DNA of 64,000 nucleotides from Craspedostauros australis (lineage: Eukaryota): the NCBI GenBank assembly GCA_030167865.1, contig JALAGF010000383.1:1-64000 (forward strand). Direction: 5' to 3'. The notes beneath the pieces are model-generated. The model was not told where the DNA came from and ran no database searches. It saw only the letters and a program-made list of their open reading frames with translations. Positions 1-12,188 of the stretch are shown in pieces. How positions within the stretch are numbered: position 1 is the first letter of the stretch; every line of letters begins with the position of its first letter. Position numbers and translations under genes: made by a program.

Positions 1-1
1 T

Positions 2-526
2 GCTACAGGCACTGCTGAAAAGGATGCTGGCGATTCGGCTATGGACAACACCGCGCTGGCAGGGTCGCTGGTGTCAGTCAAGGTGGAGGCGAATGTCGCC
101 AACGACCATTGCGAGAATGCAATTCCCCTTTACGATCGCGACGAAGTGTTTGTCGATATGAGTACGGCAACGATCGATGACATCGACTTGTGCCACTCTC
201 CTCGGTATCCGAATGTGAATTCGACGCTCTTGACACATGCTGCAGTCTGGTACAAGATTCTTGCATCGGAGCTGCAAAGAATGGATTCCGGAATGCGGAT
301 CACTGCCTGCTCACCGATCCCAGGCACGCAAATTGGTGTATTCGTGGGCGATGATTGCGACAGCTTAAGATGCCTTCAAACGGTGGCAGCCTTTGGGGTA
401 ACCAACTGCGTCGAACATGAACTCCCTGCCGATTCTGATGAAGACGTTTATCTTCTATTGATGGGTGGGACGTCATCGGCCCAGATCAACGTGAGAGTTC
501 GTCAGCTGTATCTTTGGGACGTGTAG
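2..526 (+). CDS. 3' end of an unknown protein (ORF open at the window start)
   Basis: The frame is open from nt 2 (ATGTAEKDAGDSA-MDNTALAG...) to TAG at 524-526. Composition looks globular and an AT-richer UTR-like stretch follows. No recognisable motif. Confidence 0.5.
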   Translation, partial: ATGTAEKDAGDSAMDNTALAGSLVSVKVEANVANDHCENAIPLYDRDEVFVDMSTATIDDIDLCHSPRYPNVNSTLLTHAAVWYKILASELQRMDSGMRITACSPIPGTQIGVFVGDDCDSLRCLQTVAAFGVTNCVEHELPADSDEDVYLLLMGGTSSAQINVRVRQLYLWDV

Positions 527-643
527 CATGATATCATAGGTGGCTTTTTTGCTTGAAACAATCCTAGAGGATGTACAGTGATTATGGATTGTGCAGTATT
601 GGTATTATACATACTCGTACTCTTATGCCACAGTATAAGGAGG

Positions 644-2202
644 TTAGGCAAACGTGGCGTACCAGTCTGCTTCCTCCCCCAGAACAAAAGCGAGAGACGA
701 GTCTCCTTTCATCCAAATTCGCCGCGAGATGGATGGTGTAGATCGTACCATACGTACGACTTCAAGCAGTACAACAAGCAACCAACGTGCGTCTACTCGA
801 GGATGCATGATGTGGTACGCCACTCTTTCGAGAAAAAGGACAGGGCACCCGATTGGGGACAGAAGCATGGCAGGCAACAGCACCTCCTTCACGTCCGCAG
901 AGCGCAGAAGGGCTGACAAGAATGGGAGACTCGATGCTACTACGTAGGACGGGCGAGCGTAGTCGATACGATTTCGTGGCCGCACACTCTGCGCACTGGA
1001 CCAGAAAGAGATGATGTGAAAATGAGCAACTCTACTTGCTAGAGGATGTGGTTGCTGCTCCGGCAGTACTTTTGCTTTTGAGTAGTTGTATCCGTGAGTT
1101 GGTGGACAGTCCGTCCAAGTTGCCAATGGTGGGTGTCCGTCTTTTTGTCCAGAGAGGCAGAGGCTTGCAGCGAAGAGGCACGGCCCAGTCCATGTCAAAT
1201 CTCTGTCCGTGGTCCAGACCCTTTTTCTCTGTCATTCTCCCCCGAGGTGATAGACAGGAGGATCGCGATAAGGTCAGCTACATCGAGTGCGAGGAACTCC
1301 ACTGCAATAATCAACGCTGGAACATCTTGATTGCTCTCTTCGGCTCGTGCTGCCTGATTGTCGACTTGCATATTGCTTGCAACCTGGGCGAGTTGACTGC
1401 GGATCAAGGATAGGGGTGCCAGATCCCCCAATGAATCAGTGACTTCCGCCTGGAGATGTTCACTTGCACTCAGAGTCGTGTTCACAAGAGCCCAGTCTGC
1501 AGTCGCAGCCGTTTTGCCCTGGAGGTGAACAACGAGCTCCTGTGGTTTGCAGAGCATTGATGCGCGCCGCATGAGGAAACGCACGCGCAAACAAAACAGA
1601 GGGACAGCGGTCGTTTTTTTAAATGAAGAGTGCAGCAATGGTGAGACAAGGGAGTGAATGCCCCTCGCATTGAGAGGTGTAGGAGGCGGTCGATGCCAGA
1701 GTCTTGGCAATCTTCTGGACCACGTGCATATTGCACATTTCAGGAACCTGCATCACGATCAGCAGCGTCGTCCACAAATCCAACCAGAGGGGCAAATGGC
1801 CGTCATGTCGACAACCTTCACTTTCGAGTTCATCGAAGCAGCAAACCGCCATGTGCGTTTCGTCCACACCAGGGCAAGGGTCCACAGCAATGACTGTCTC
1901 ACCTCGAGACTCTCAAAGACGTCTTCTGCTTCGTCAAGCAAATCTGTGGCAAAATCAAGTGATACAATCTTCGTCCCTCCGTTGAGAGTAGTGGAGGTGC
2001 CTGTCGTTGTTGCTCTTGTTGTTGCTGTGATACCAACGCCAAACGCCATCTCGTTTCGTGTTGCTCGGGCGCGGCAGGATGCGGCTCTGGGAAATCCCAG
2101 GCCAACCGAGAAGGCTTGAACGAGCGTGCTACCAGCATAGTTCTGAGCACTCAATGCAAAGATTGCAGCGAAGATGAGGGAAGGGATGGAGAGGTGTTTC
2201 AT
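644..2202 (-). other. Possible fragmented or multi-exon gene (or pseudogene) with a signal peptide and plastid-type presequence
   Basis: The ATG at 2202 gives MKHLSIPSLIFAAIFALSAQNYAGSTLVQA-FSVG, a signal peptide followed by an AF cleavage-like motif and an R/T/S-rich transit-like segment. Protein-like minus-strand ORF pieces lie at 1195-1710 and 644-1198. No splice model could be confirmed. Confidence 0.35.
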
Positions 2203-3500
2203 CGTGGTTGTTGATGAGTGGTTTGCTTGTTGTGCGTGATGTTGTTTTGGATGTCGTTGTTCTGATTTTGTGAGCTAATCGCTTAGCGAGGGCTCCAAGT
2301 TACATTCCGTTGTGCTTCAGTCGTCGCCGAGCACGCGGATGTGGTGTCTATTTGTTTGTTGGTTTGTTGGTCTGTTTGTTGTCGTACGACTATGGTACGG
2401 CCCTCTGCGAACACGCCCTGTTATCGATTCCTTTCCGCTTCATGCCACTTGACAGTCATTCGCGAATGTACTTGTACGGCTACACATGAAGGCGCAGCCC
2501 TCAGAGAGTGAACGCGTGCTATGCTGTTCCTGCATGCAGTTTGGAGATGAAAATGCGATCATCGAAACATCATATCGCCTCGTACGTGCTGTCCCTCTCG
2601 TTCGAAGCGAAGTTACGCAAGAAGTCAGCTCTCGTCAGCGCCACCGCAGATCCATCATGTTGAAGGTCGCCAACGGGAGCCAGGGATGGATGGCAATGAT
2701 TGCAGAGTTCAACAACTATTCCAGGCGTCCTTCTGTGCCGTTTGCTCCGTTTGCTTCTTTTGTGGAGAGTCCCATCAGTGAATGATGCTCTGCCCTACTC
2801 GTGCGATCGCAGCTTCTCGCTCTGTGCACCGGATGCGGAGCGAACGCAACACAGGCCTCCTCGGAAATGAAGACTTTCGCGGGCGTGTCATCGCCTTCGT
2901 TGCGGCTGCTCTCGTGAGATTCAGCATCGTCATGACGCGAATTCTGGTGGTATCTACCAATAGAGTGTTGTATGTATTTATGGGCTTCGCAATACTTATG
3001 GCGAACCAATTAACGTGTGTCGGAACGGAGAGCCCGATCTTCATGCAGTATTTGGACAACGAAAATCATATGAAACGACGTTTCGACTCGAAGCGGGAGA
3101 AGTCTACAAGCCACGAGAGAGAGAGAGAGAGTAGTCGTGCTCTCGACTCAAAATGTGCGAGTGCTTCAGAGTCCTAATCTACGAGCAATACATTGCTTGA
3201 CTAATGTGCCAGTCCTCTAGTGCTAGTACTATATGATGCATTCCGGAGCAATCCATGTGTGGGTTTGCATCCAGCTCGTATGAGTGTGTGTGTGACCTCG
3301 TTGCTTTGGAGATGCCGGAGTACCTATTGCGTTAATGGAGCTGCACACGAGTTCGTATGGTACTAACGACAACAAGTACACAACCGCCAGCCCATTGCAA
3401 AGAAAGCATCTACTGTCTGATTGGCACCTGCACCTTGCTGTTCCCTCCCCGTGAATTCAGAAGCACGATCACCGACGAAAGCAATCATGGCCATATCCCT

Positions 3501-6500
3501 CTATTTCTTTGCATTCTCATACTTTCTCAAGTATCCCTTCACCATCTCCTCTCCCCTCGACGCCCATTCCTTTCGATTTGCGAGCGCGTAGTTGAGGCAT
3601 TCGTCACTGGCGGCACCGAACACCCGGCATTCCTTCAGCTTTTTCGCGAGGGGGATGATGTAGTTGTCAAAGAACCACAACTCGCCTTTGTACCAGCCAG
3701 AAGCTGGGTCCTTTGCTCCGCCACGGCCGCTGCAGAAGGCGGAATACATCTCGTGGAATAAGCGTTCGTTCCAGGTTTGGTACACCTTCCAGTGCTGCAT
3801 GGTGTGAGAGACATCGCTGGCCTGCATGATGTACTCGATCACAATCGTCGCCTTCAAGTTCTGTTCGTCACGATGGCTGAGTGGCGGCGATTCGTTGTGG
3901 AACGCCTTGTCCCAACGAGAATTGCGAATCAACTTCATGTCTGGATCGAAGATATCAGTCGCCATGACGACATTCACCACCACCTGTCGAAAGCGTTCCA
4001 ACTCGGATGCATTCGCGAAGATGCACCGCTGCAGGTCCTTGAAGCTTGGGTCGACGAGGAATTGCCACGCCAAATCCAGCGAGTTTTGTTCTGCCACGCA
4101 CCGGTTCTTGTAAATGCCCGCGATATGCGCTTCTTCCTTCACGAGCTGCGAGTTCGGCACACCGGTGTGATCTACGTCGTGGATGAGAGCGGAGAAGACG
4201 ATCGCGAACTGGATCAACGGATCTGCTGTGATAGCGTCCGTGTAGTCTGTCAAGTTGGAAGATGGCGATGGCGGGGATCCGTCTTTTCTGCTGGCCTTGC
4301 CGCTCTTCGGAGGCGACGCCGCGGCTCGGGTCGCGCGATCTACCTTGTGTTGATGGGCGGTCACGACACGTTTCAACAACTTCTGCGCAGACATGGTGAC
4401 ATGGCTCGCATGTTCGAAGTTGTGAAAGAAATTGTCGCGATACATGCAAGCCACCATGGTTACGTACTCTCGCAGCTGTTCGATCACGTCTTCATGCAGC
4501 TCAACCGTGCTTGGGTCGATTGCCACCGCGGGTTTCTCATTTTGGGAATCGTTGCCATTTTTGTTCGAGAGGTATATGATCTCGGTGACTTCGTCGAGGG
4601 CAGTCGAACCGCTCTCACGTTTCGGGAGTTGCACCGCCTCCTTCGCCTCTGGCACTCCATACGACTGTCGGTGAGCACAGATCTGCTTGAGCAACCCGGT
4701 CAAGATCTTCACGTTCCACTCAATCAGACGTTCCTGACGATTCGAATCTTCACGCTCAAGCTCGTGGCCGTCAAGCGCGACATGTAAGTCGCCAGCAGAT
4801 GCATCATCCATATCGATTTCGCTCTGCGATTCCTCCTCTGCACCTTCGCTCACATCCGGATGACCGCTGCTGTCCACACCGCTGCCGAAGCGACCGTACT
4901 TGGCCTCGCCCCACAGATCTCCGCTGACCGAATTGATCATACTGTGTCTTGATGCCAGGCTGCCGAGGCTGTTGCGAGATGAATTCATCATGCTGTGTCT
5001 TGATGTCGGGGGTGAGAAAGGCGTAGCGAGACTGCCATTCGATGTTCCCATCGACTTGTTGGTGATGGATAGCGGATCTGTCACCTTCCCCTTTTTCGCG
5101 CTGTTGCCAGCAGAGAAGAGTGACGACATGCTCTGGGGGCGTCCGTGATGCTGCGAATCGTTGCTCGCCCGCCTGCGATGGTAGGAGTCGATCGGCCCAC
5201 GCCCCTTCTTCTTCATCACCAATCTGACATCATCGTCATCGTCATTTTTGCTCCCGCTGTTGGAAATGGTGCTCCTGCCGCCGCCGCCGCCACGAGGGGC
5301 GTTGACACCGTTTGCACTCTGGCCGCTTGCTCGCCTGCTGCCAGTCGTGCGGAAACTCTGCATGCTTTGCATGCTGTGGTTGCTCACATTCAATGACATA
5401 TTGGCACCGCTCGAGCTGCTCCTCGAACCGATTGCGCGCGGAAGTGCCCAGTACGTTTGCATTTCCCCAATGCCTTTGGCGTCCACGGTCTCCTCCCGCG
5501 GTGCCTTCCAGAATCCCTTGTTGGCGTTTTCCAGCAGCTCCGCTGTGGTCGACGAGAGCTGAATGTAACCTGCTTTTCCCGTGCTTTCCATGCGGGCGGC
5601 CGTATTGACGGAGTCACCGAAGAGTTGGAATCGGGACTTGTCGCCCCGCAGCACCCCAGCCGTTACTGGGCCAGAATGCAGGCCAACGCGCAAGCCCAAA
5701 TCGCCTGTTTCCGGTCCCAACCGAACCTCCAGATGCCTCGTGAGATCGTGCAACCGCACCAGACACTCCTTTGCGAAGCGGGTCATCCGTACAGCATGGT
5801 CCTCTTGTGGCTCTGCGCACGCCCATCCGAAAATGAACGAAACGATTGTGGAGTGAGAATATCATGCGTGTTGAGTTGAAGCATGGTATCCGCAACCAAA
5901 GAGATGAGTCAGTGGATGGTTCATTTGTTGGTGTCCAGCATTTTCCACCATACAGTATCAAAAACAAGCAAGAATCAAGATCATGAAACGAGGACAGGTC
6001 AGCCGTGGCAGCAGTCGCAACGGCAGTTAGAGAAGCGTGACATGTCACAGTTCCACTCACCCGGCAACCCGGTCACGGCCACGTAACAATCGCCGATCGT
6101 TTCCACCTTGAAGACAACGTATTTGCGTGCCGCGCGATCGAATGCACGATAGATGGTCTCCAGCAGGGTGAAGACTTGCGCCGGTTCTCGCGTGCTGGAC
6201 CATGCCGTGAATCCGGCAATGTCGGCAAACAGGACCGTGCAGTTCGGAAACAAGTCGGCAATGGGCGGTTCGTCGCGAAAAATGGAAGACGAAGCGGACG
6301 AACGATGATGATGCGTGGAATTTGTGGCCGACGTGATGGCGTTGGATAAGGACGTCGTCGATTTGGGTTTGGCTGGTACATGCACGCTGTTGTTGTTGTT
6401 GGTGCCGCCGTCTTGGGACAAGAAATTGCGCAGCCGTTGCCACGGTGGCAATAACGATTCGGATGACAGCAACCGCGAGGATCGTGCCCGTCCCAGCGAG

Positions 6501-8938
6501 AATGTCGATTTGGGTTTCTCAGGAGCGGAATCGGAATAATCCTGGAATCCCGAGGAGTCATCCATGCTGGAAGAACGCCCGCGTTTGGGAAATGTCGCAT
6601 TCCTCTTGCCATGCCGCGTGCTGCCGTTGGTTTGTGCGCTGGACACGGATTGGCGCGATCCCGGGTGTTTGCGAGTCGGCGACCGCGGTATGTCCTCCAT
6701 GATATCTTCCGCCATCGAAGCGAAGCTGCCGTTGCCATCGAACGCGGTATCGTCATCATCGTCGTCGTCATCATGGTACGTCGCGATATTGCGTGAGCTC
6801 GTGGATGATTTGGCGGTCGTGTGGTGGCTGCTGGAAGACAGCAGGGAGAATCGCTGCTTGAAGCGCTTGGACTTTTTCTTGGATCGATCCGCGTTGCTGC
6901 TGGCGTTGGTGAGGACGCTGCCGAAGGATTCCGAGCTGGTGGTACGTTTGGGCGATCGCGGCGGGACTTTCATGCGACCGGTGTTGCGGTTGCCGCGGCT
7001 GATATCCATGTCGTCGCTGTCATTTGCCGTGATTTGGCTCTCGTTGGAAAGTCGCTTGGAATGCCTCACGGACACCGATTTGGGTGGTCTGGGCAGGTTT
7101 TGATGGAACGACGGCGACAGCGGTGCTCGCGGTGGCGTTTTGGATCTGGATGTCTCCGCAGCGGAATCGCCGCTGGACGTGTCTGCCATGGCGATCTTGG
7201 GCAGCAGCCTGATATCGTCGTCGTCGACCTCATCCATCGGTTTGGGCGGCTGCGATTTCGGATTCTGGTGATGGCTGTTCATCATGGTGGACGACAAGAG
7301 TGATTCCTTGGCGACGTTGCCGTTGTCTTCGCGGCTGTGCAGCGTGTTGTCCTGAATGTCCGATGGAGTCGTTGGCAGCTGGTGGCAAGGTTCATGCGAG
7401 AAAGTCTCCGCGCTGCTGAGCGATGTGCGTGACAGCGTATTGTGAATGCCGGGGCGCTGCTGCTGCTGCTGCATGGCATCGGTGACGTTGGCTTTGATGG
7501 TGATGGGCACGGGCGCCGATTCATGCGACGGTATCGTCTCGACGGATGCGTCGTGGCGCGCGGGCGGGTGCTGCGACTGGAAGAGACGATCATGGACGAC
7601 GGTGGGGAAGAGGGACGAGACGATGGCCTGCGATTTGGAGGCGGCGAGGTTGGCCATCGCATGACGGCCCTCAATAGATGGCTGCAGGTAATACCGTATC
7701 GGTATGACGGTCGTGACCGTGGCCCAAACGAGGTGGAAGACGCACAGGGCCGCTGTCGTAATCCATATCGTTTTGGATGACGACACGAGCTGATCGAGGA
7801 TGACGAAGGTGCCAATCCAAAGCACGATGGCACCGAGCGAATAGAGCCTCCAAAAGTTGTTCCAGCGCAAATTGAGCTGTTCCGTTTCCTTGGGCGTGAT
7901 ATCCGGTGCATTTTCTACGCGATCGGTGGGCCCTTGCGCCGTGCTGTGGCTGTTCGTGTTGAAGCTGGAGGATCTTAGCGTGGGCGAAGACAGGTCTCCT
8001 TGGCTGCTGCCATCGACCATGGAGGATGCAGCGGAGGATAACAGATCGTCGTCACCCACAGTGGAAAGGCCCATCTCCAGATCATTGGGATTGTGCGCGG
8101 ATGCGAATACGGCGTAATCAATGTCATCATCTTGTGTGTCGTCATCATCGTCATCATCATTCGAACTTGAATTGATGTTGCCACCGCGATTGAAGTTGTT
8201 GTCGTCGTCGTCTTCGCTGCTGTCGTCCTTTTTGCTATGATCATAAACATCATCATCGTCATCTTCCATCGAGACGGACGAAGCGGATCCATCATGCGGA
8301 TTGCAGCCATAGATCATGCTGCCCGTGCGATCGCTGTCTCGCGAATGACCGCTGGTGTTAGCATTTGTGGGAGCTTGGAAAGGTTCGTCGTCGTCGTCGT
8401 CATCGCCGCCATCGAGCGATATCGACTCCTCCTCATCGGGAAGGTGGTACTTGTCGAAGGAACTGGCATGGCTGAGGGATCGGTGGCTTTCCTCGTTGCT
8501 GTGGTGGTGTTGGTGCTGATGATGGGTGGTGTCATTGTCCGTGTTGGAGTCATATTCCGGCACGACCTTGAGCTGCGTGGCCATGTGCGGATCCAGGTCG
8601 AGCGCATGCTGGAATGTGGTGGACATGGTGCGTTTGTTGGCCTTCTTGGGGGTGATCGTGAGGACGCCGGTCATTCCGATGGAGGTGGCCTGCGCTTGGG
8701 CGGATGCGGGCGGCGATGATGTGGAGGCCTGCGAGTGCTGCGGACTCTGCGATCGCATGTGGCTGTTCGCGTTGCTGGTGCTGGATTGGCCTATCTGCCC
8801 GTGCGTGGGTGTTGTGGTTGCTGATCCTCGGAGATGCGCGCCGCCGTGAGTGTACTCGTAGGTTCCTTTCGTGTCATCGCTGCGGGCGCCTGCAGATGTG
8901 CTTGCCGCAGCGGCCTTTGAGATCGAGGAGGGTCCCAT
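3501..8938 (-). CDS. Membrane-anchored class III nucleotide (adenylate/guanylate) cyclase - class I cyclic nucleotide phosphodiesterase fusion, paralog 1; exons 8938-6061 and 5812-3501 (~1729 aa)
   Basis: Cyclase motifs: VLFADIAGFT, FKVETIGDCYVAVTGLP, RVGLHSGPVTAGVL, FQLFGDSVNTAARMES. PDE motifs: HNFEHASHV, LIHDVDHTG, ATDI, ASDVSH. Removing the GTGAGT...CAG intron joins GLP-G|AG-PQEDHAVRM in frame. Two hydrophobic helices lie near 7700-7850. Confidence 0.93.
5813..6060 (-). other. Phase-1 spliceosomal intron (248 nt) of cyclase/PDE paralog 1
   Basis: Donor GTGAGT at 6060 and acceptor GCGCAG ending at 5813. Splicing restores VAVTGLPEPQEDHA. Confidence 0.9.
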
Positions 8939-9310
8939 GGTGCTGCTTGCTCCTGTCCGTGTCCTTGCTGGTGTGCTTGCTTGTAGTCGTATCAGTGGGT
9001 ATGGCAGCTCGCACTCCTCCTGTTCGGATGCGTTTTCCTGTTTCGCCTTCTGTTCCTTTTATCTCTCGCACAGGTCGATACAAGCCACACGTATAGTAGG
9101 TCGAAGGCCGTACTCCCTAGTACCCCTGCGCAATACCCTTGAGCGATGACAGGAACCTCGATCTACACGTCTGGTTGCGATGCTGAGCGAAAACAGACAA
9201 TGGAGCTGATGTGATGAATGCCACAGAGGTTGGTGATGTGATGCGATGCGATGTGATGAAGATCGAGACGATCCAAGTCCTCTTGTTTTGTACACAATGC
9301 TCTCCTTCCC

Positions 9311-9336
9311 CTCTCTCTCTCTCTCTCTCTCTCTCT
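9311..9336. repeat. (CT)13 microsatellite upstream of cyclase/PDE paralog 1
   Basis: Perfect CT dinucleotide run in the divergent intergenic region between the cyclase/PDE gene and TRM5. Confidence 0.95.
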
Positions 9337-10164
9337 GGATGTGTGTGCGTCTGGAAAGGAAGGAGGATGGAAGTCGCGATCGATTGATCTGCCGATGTGG
9401 TCGCTACCATAGGCCGCAGCTCGTCCCCGCATGAACTGCGCTTCGCTGTGTGTGTCTTCCTCTCGCTCTCTTTTGGCGCCTCTGTTTCGTCCGTCTTGTT
9501 CTGTGTTCGTTCGCCCTCGTTTTTCATCTTTGCGTTGCGTTGACGCGCCAACATGTGCGCACCCTTGCGTGTTGCGCAGTTGGAGCGTCGTTCCCCCAAC
9601 AAAGCAAGGCTAACCTCTACTAGCAACTGCAACGCGCGATTGTGACAAACGACCTGCGAGAATCAGGGAGTTTCTCGGTCGTTTCGATCGATCACGACCA
9701 ACCCCGGCGCCTTGCGTTTGTTTGCGTGCAGCGAATCTCAGTCTTTGGTCATTGAACACGATTCGCGTGGCGTCATTCCTTTATACGCCATGCAACGTTG
9801 CGCAGGCACAAAATAGCGAACTATTCAGCCTTGAAAACCAGTTGGGTACGAAATAGACATGACGCAATGGCCGTCAGCGGCGATATGGACAAATGCAACA
9901 TGCATTACTTATGAATTGTCCTATCCTGTAAATGTCAAATGCTCCCTTTGGACGTTTTCGTTCTATGACTACTTGGACTAACCACAACCAAACAACAAAA
10001 TCGGCAAACGAATGAAAGAAGCCAAACAGAACCCCTTGTGGCAAACCTCACACAACACATCATCACATCATCACATCATCACAATCGAGATCTTCACAAT
10101 CAAGCCAAGCCAGATCTCAACATCAACATCAACATCGCCAACTCCATCCCTCGCACCAACCATC

Positions 10165-11781
10165 ATGTCGACATCTGCATCGCAAGGCCAAACAGGGACA
10201 CAGGCATCCGAATCCGCGTCATCGCAGTCACTCGTGCTGCAGGCCTTGGGCGATCGACGCTGGTTGCATGCAGCAGCAACGAACGCAAGCGCCATCCTTC
10301 CAGTCTCCGACTTCCCACCGCCGTCCACGTTCGAGCTTTCCGTTGCGTATCCCGCCATCATCATCCCCACACGGCGCACCGCAGACCTAAGACGTTCGCT
10401 GAAGCATCTTCTGCTGCGTCGGCCCAAGCTCAGCAACGTCGTCAAATTGACGCGGCAGGATCAGGATCATGTTGCGGCCAAGCTCTCTCCGCCTTGCGAT
10501 CCTCCGAAAGACTTCCGAAAGCTCATCCTGGAACGCAAAGGCACCAGCAATGATGTGAAGGACGATGATGTCTTCAACGATCCGGTCTTGAAGGACGTCC
10601 TGGCCAATTCATCCGACACCGATTTGAACGCCTTCTTCCTGCCATCCTCCCATTCCATCCAGCTGCAATATTCCGACTGGACCATCGAGGAGCTGCTCAC
10701 CTTCCTGCTGCCCGATTGCAATGAGATCCCGTCCGCCTTCGAAACCATCGGCAGCATCGCCCACATCAACCTGCGCGACGACCGCCTGCCCTACAAGCAC
10801 TGGATCGGCAAGGTCATACTCGACAAACACGCGCCGCGCATCCGAACCGTCGTCAACAAAGTCGGCACCATCGCCAACGAGTACCGCACCTTCACGATGG
10901 AAGTTCTGGCATCGACAACGCCCGACGACGATTGGAGCGAAGTCACGGTGCGCGAAGAAGGATGCCAATTTGCTCTCGACTTTCGCACGGTCTATTGGAA
11001 TTCACGGTTGGGTGGCGAACATCGGCGGCTTGTCAATCTCATTTGGGATCATTATAAGCGCACGAAGGACGCGAATGATCCATTCATCGTGGCCGATTTC
11101 ATGGCCGGCATTGGTCCGTTCGTGATTCCCTTGGCAAGCCGAATCAAGAATGGCTCATCCATGCAGATCTATGCCAACGATCTCAACCCGTCTTCGTACA
11201 AATACTTGCAACTGAATGCCAAGAAGAACAAATGCGATCATGGCAACTTGCACCTGCACAACATGGATGGCCGTGCCTTTTGCCATTGGCTGCAACAGCA
11301 GACGAGTACCACCAGCGGCGACGACATCTTCCCACATCACGTCTTGATGAATCTGCCCGCATCGGCACCGGAATTCTTGGACGCCTTTCGTGGATACGGC
11401 ACATTGCAAACGAAATCGGACGTCCGCATGCCACGTGTGCACGTGCATTGTTTTGGATCGAAGGAGACGCAGGCACCGCAGCAGCTGATGCAGCGATGTT
11501 CCAAGGCCTTGGGATGCACGTTGGACGCCACGCAGCACAAAGTCGTGATCCACGCCGTCCGCGATGTTGCACCCAAAAAGAACATGTACTGTGTCAGCTT
11601 TGATTTGCCACGCGAATGTTGCGCCTTACCCCAAATCGACGTGGCCTCCAAACGGCGCAAGGAAGATGGCGACGATGATGGGAATGGGAATGGGAAAGAT
11701 GTCAATGGTGATGGTGACGGTGACGACAACGATACGGAACAAACATCGGCAAAGCGGCATAAAGTAGCAGCAGAATTGTAG
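10165..11781 (+). CDS. TRM5: tRNA (guanine37-N1)-methyltransferase, Trm5/Met-10+ family (an upstream in-frame ATG exists at 10012)
   Basis: Motifs PSAFETIGSIAHINL, IGKVILDK, IRTVVNKVGTIANEYRTF, VYWNSRL, SAM-binding DFMAGIGPF, ANDLNP, MNLPASAPEFLDAF and VRDVAPKKNMYCVSF. C-terminal KRRK and KRHK NLS-like motifs. Confidence 0.92.
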   Translation: MSTSASQGQTGTQASESASSQSLVLQALGDRRWLHAAATNASAILPVSDFPPPSTFELSVAYPAIIIPTRRTADLRRSLKHLLLRRPKLSNVVKLTRQDQDHVAAKLSPPCDPPKDFRKLILERKGTSNDVKDDDVFNDPVLKDVLANSSDTDLNAFFLPSSHSIQLQYSDWTIEELLTFLLPDCNEIPSAFETIGSIAHINLRDDRLPYKHWIGKVILDKHAPRIRTVVNKVGTIANEYRTFTMEVLASTTPDDDWSEVTVREEGCQFALDFRTVYWNSRLGGEHRRLVNLIWDHYKRTKDANDPFIVADFMAGIGPFVIPLASRIKNGSSMQIYANDLNPSSYKYLQLNAKKNKCDHGNLHLHNMDGRAFCHWLQQQTSTTSGDDIFPHHVLMNLPASAPEFLDAFRGYGTLQTKSDVRMPRVHVHCFGSKETQAPQQLMQRCSKALGCTLDATQHKVVIHAVRDVAPKKNMYCVSFDLPRECCALPQIDVASKRRKEDGDDDGNGNGKDVNGDGDGDDNDTEQTSAKRHKVAAEL

Positions 11782-12188
11782 CGACAGTGTGGGCGGGAGC
11801 ACGTTGAAGCTTGTTGCTTGTGGGTACAGTGTTTGGCATTGAGTTGGCACCTCAACGGGTTGCGTCTATCTTCCACTCTCTATCAATGACCAGTGCGACC
11901 AACATCAGCGCCAACAACATCCACGTCTCGAACGCACAAAACACGATGACGTCTTCTCTTTTCTTCTTTCTTGTGTGCGGACACAGAAAATGGATGAAAA
12001 CTGGCCAAACCACCACGATCATCAGAAATCCACGAACTGCCATCACAAGACATCCCGGTGATCGATCGTGGACGATGCCATCGGCAGTCGGTCTGCAGTG
12101 ATCAGCGCGACTCATCAATCGACGTGTGCTGCATCCACGCTCACACTTGCAAGCAGGCAAACGCAAAACGAGGACCAAGGCAAACACG

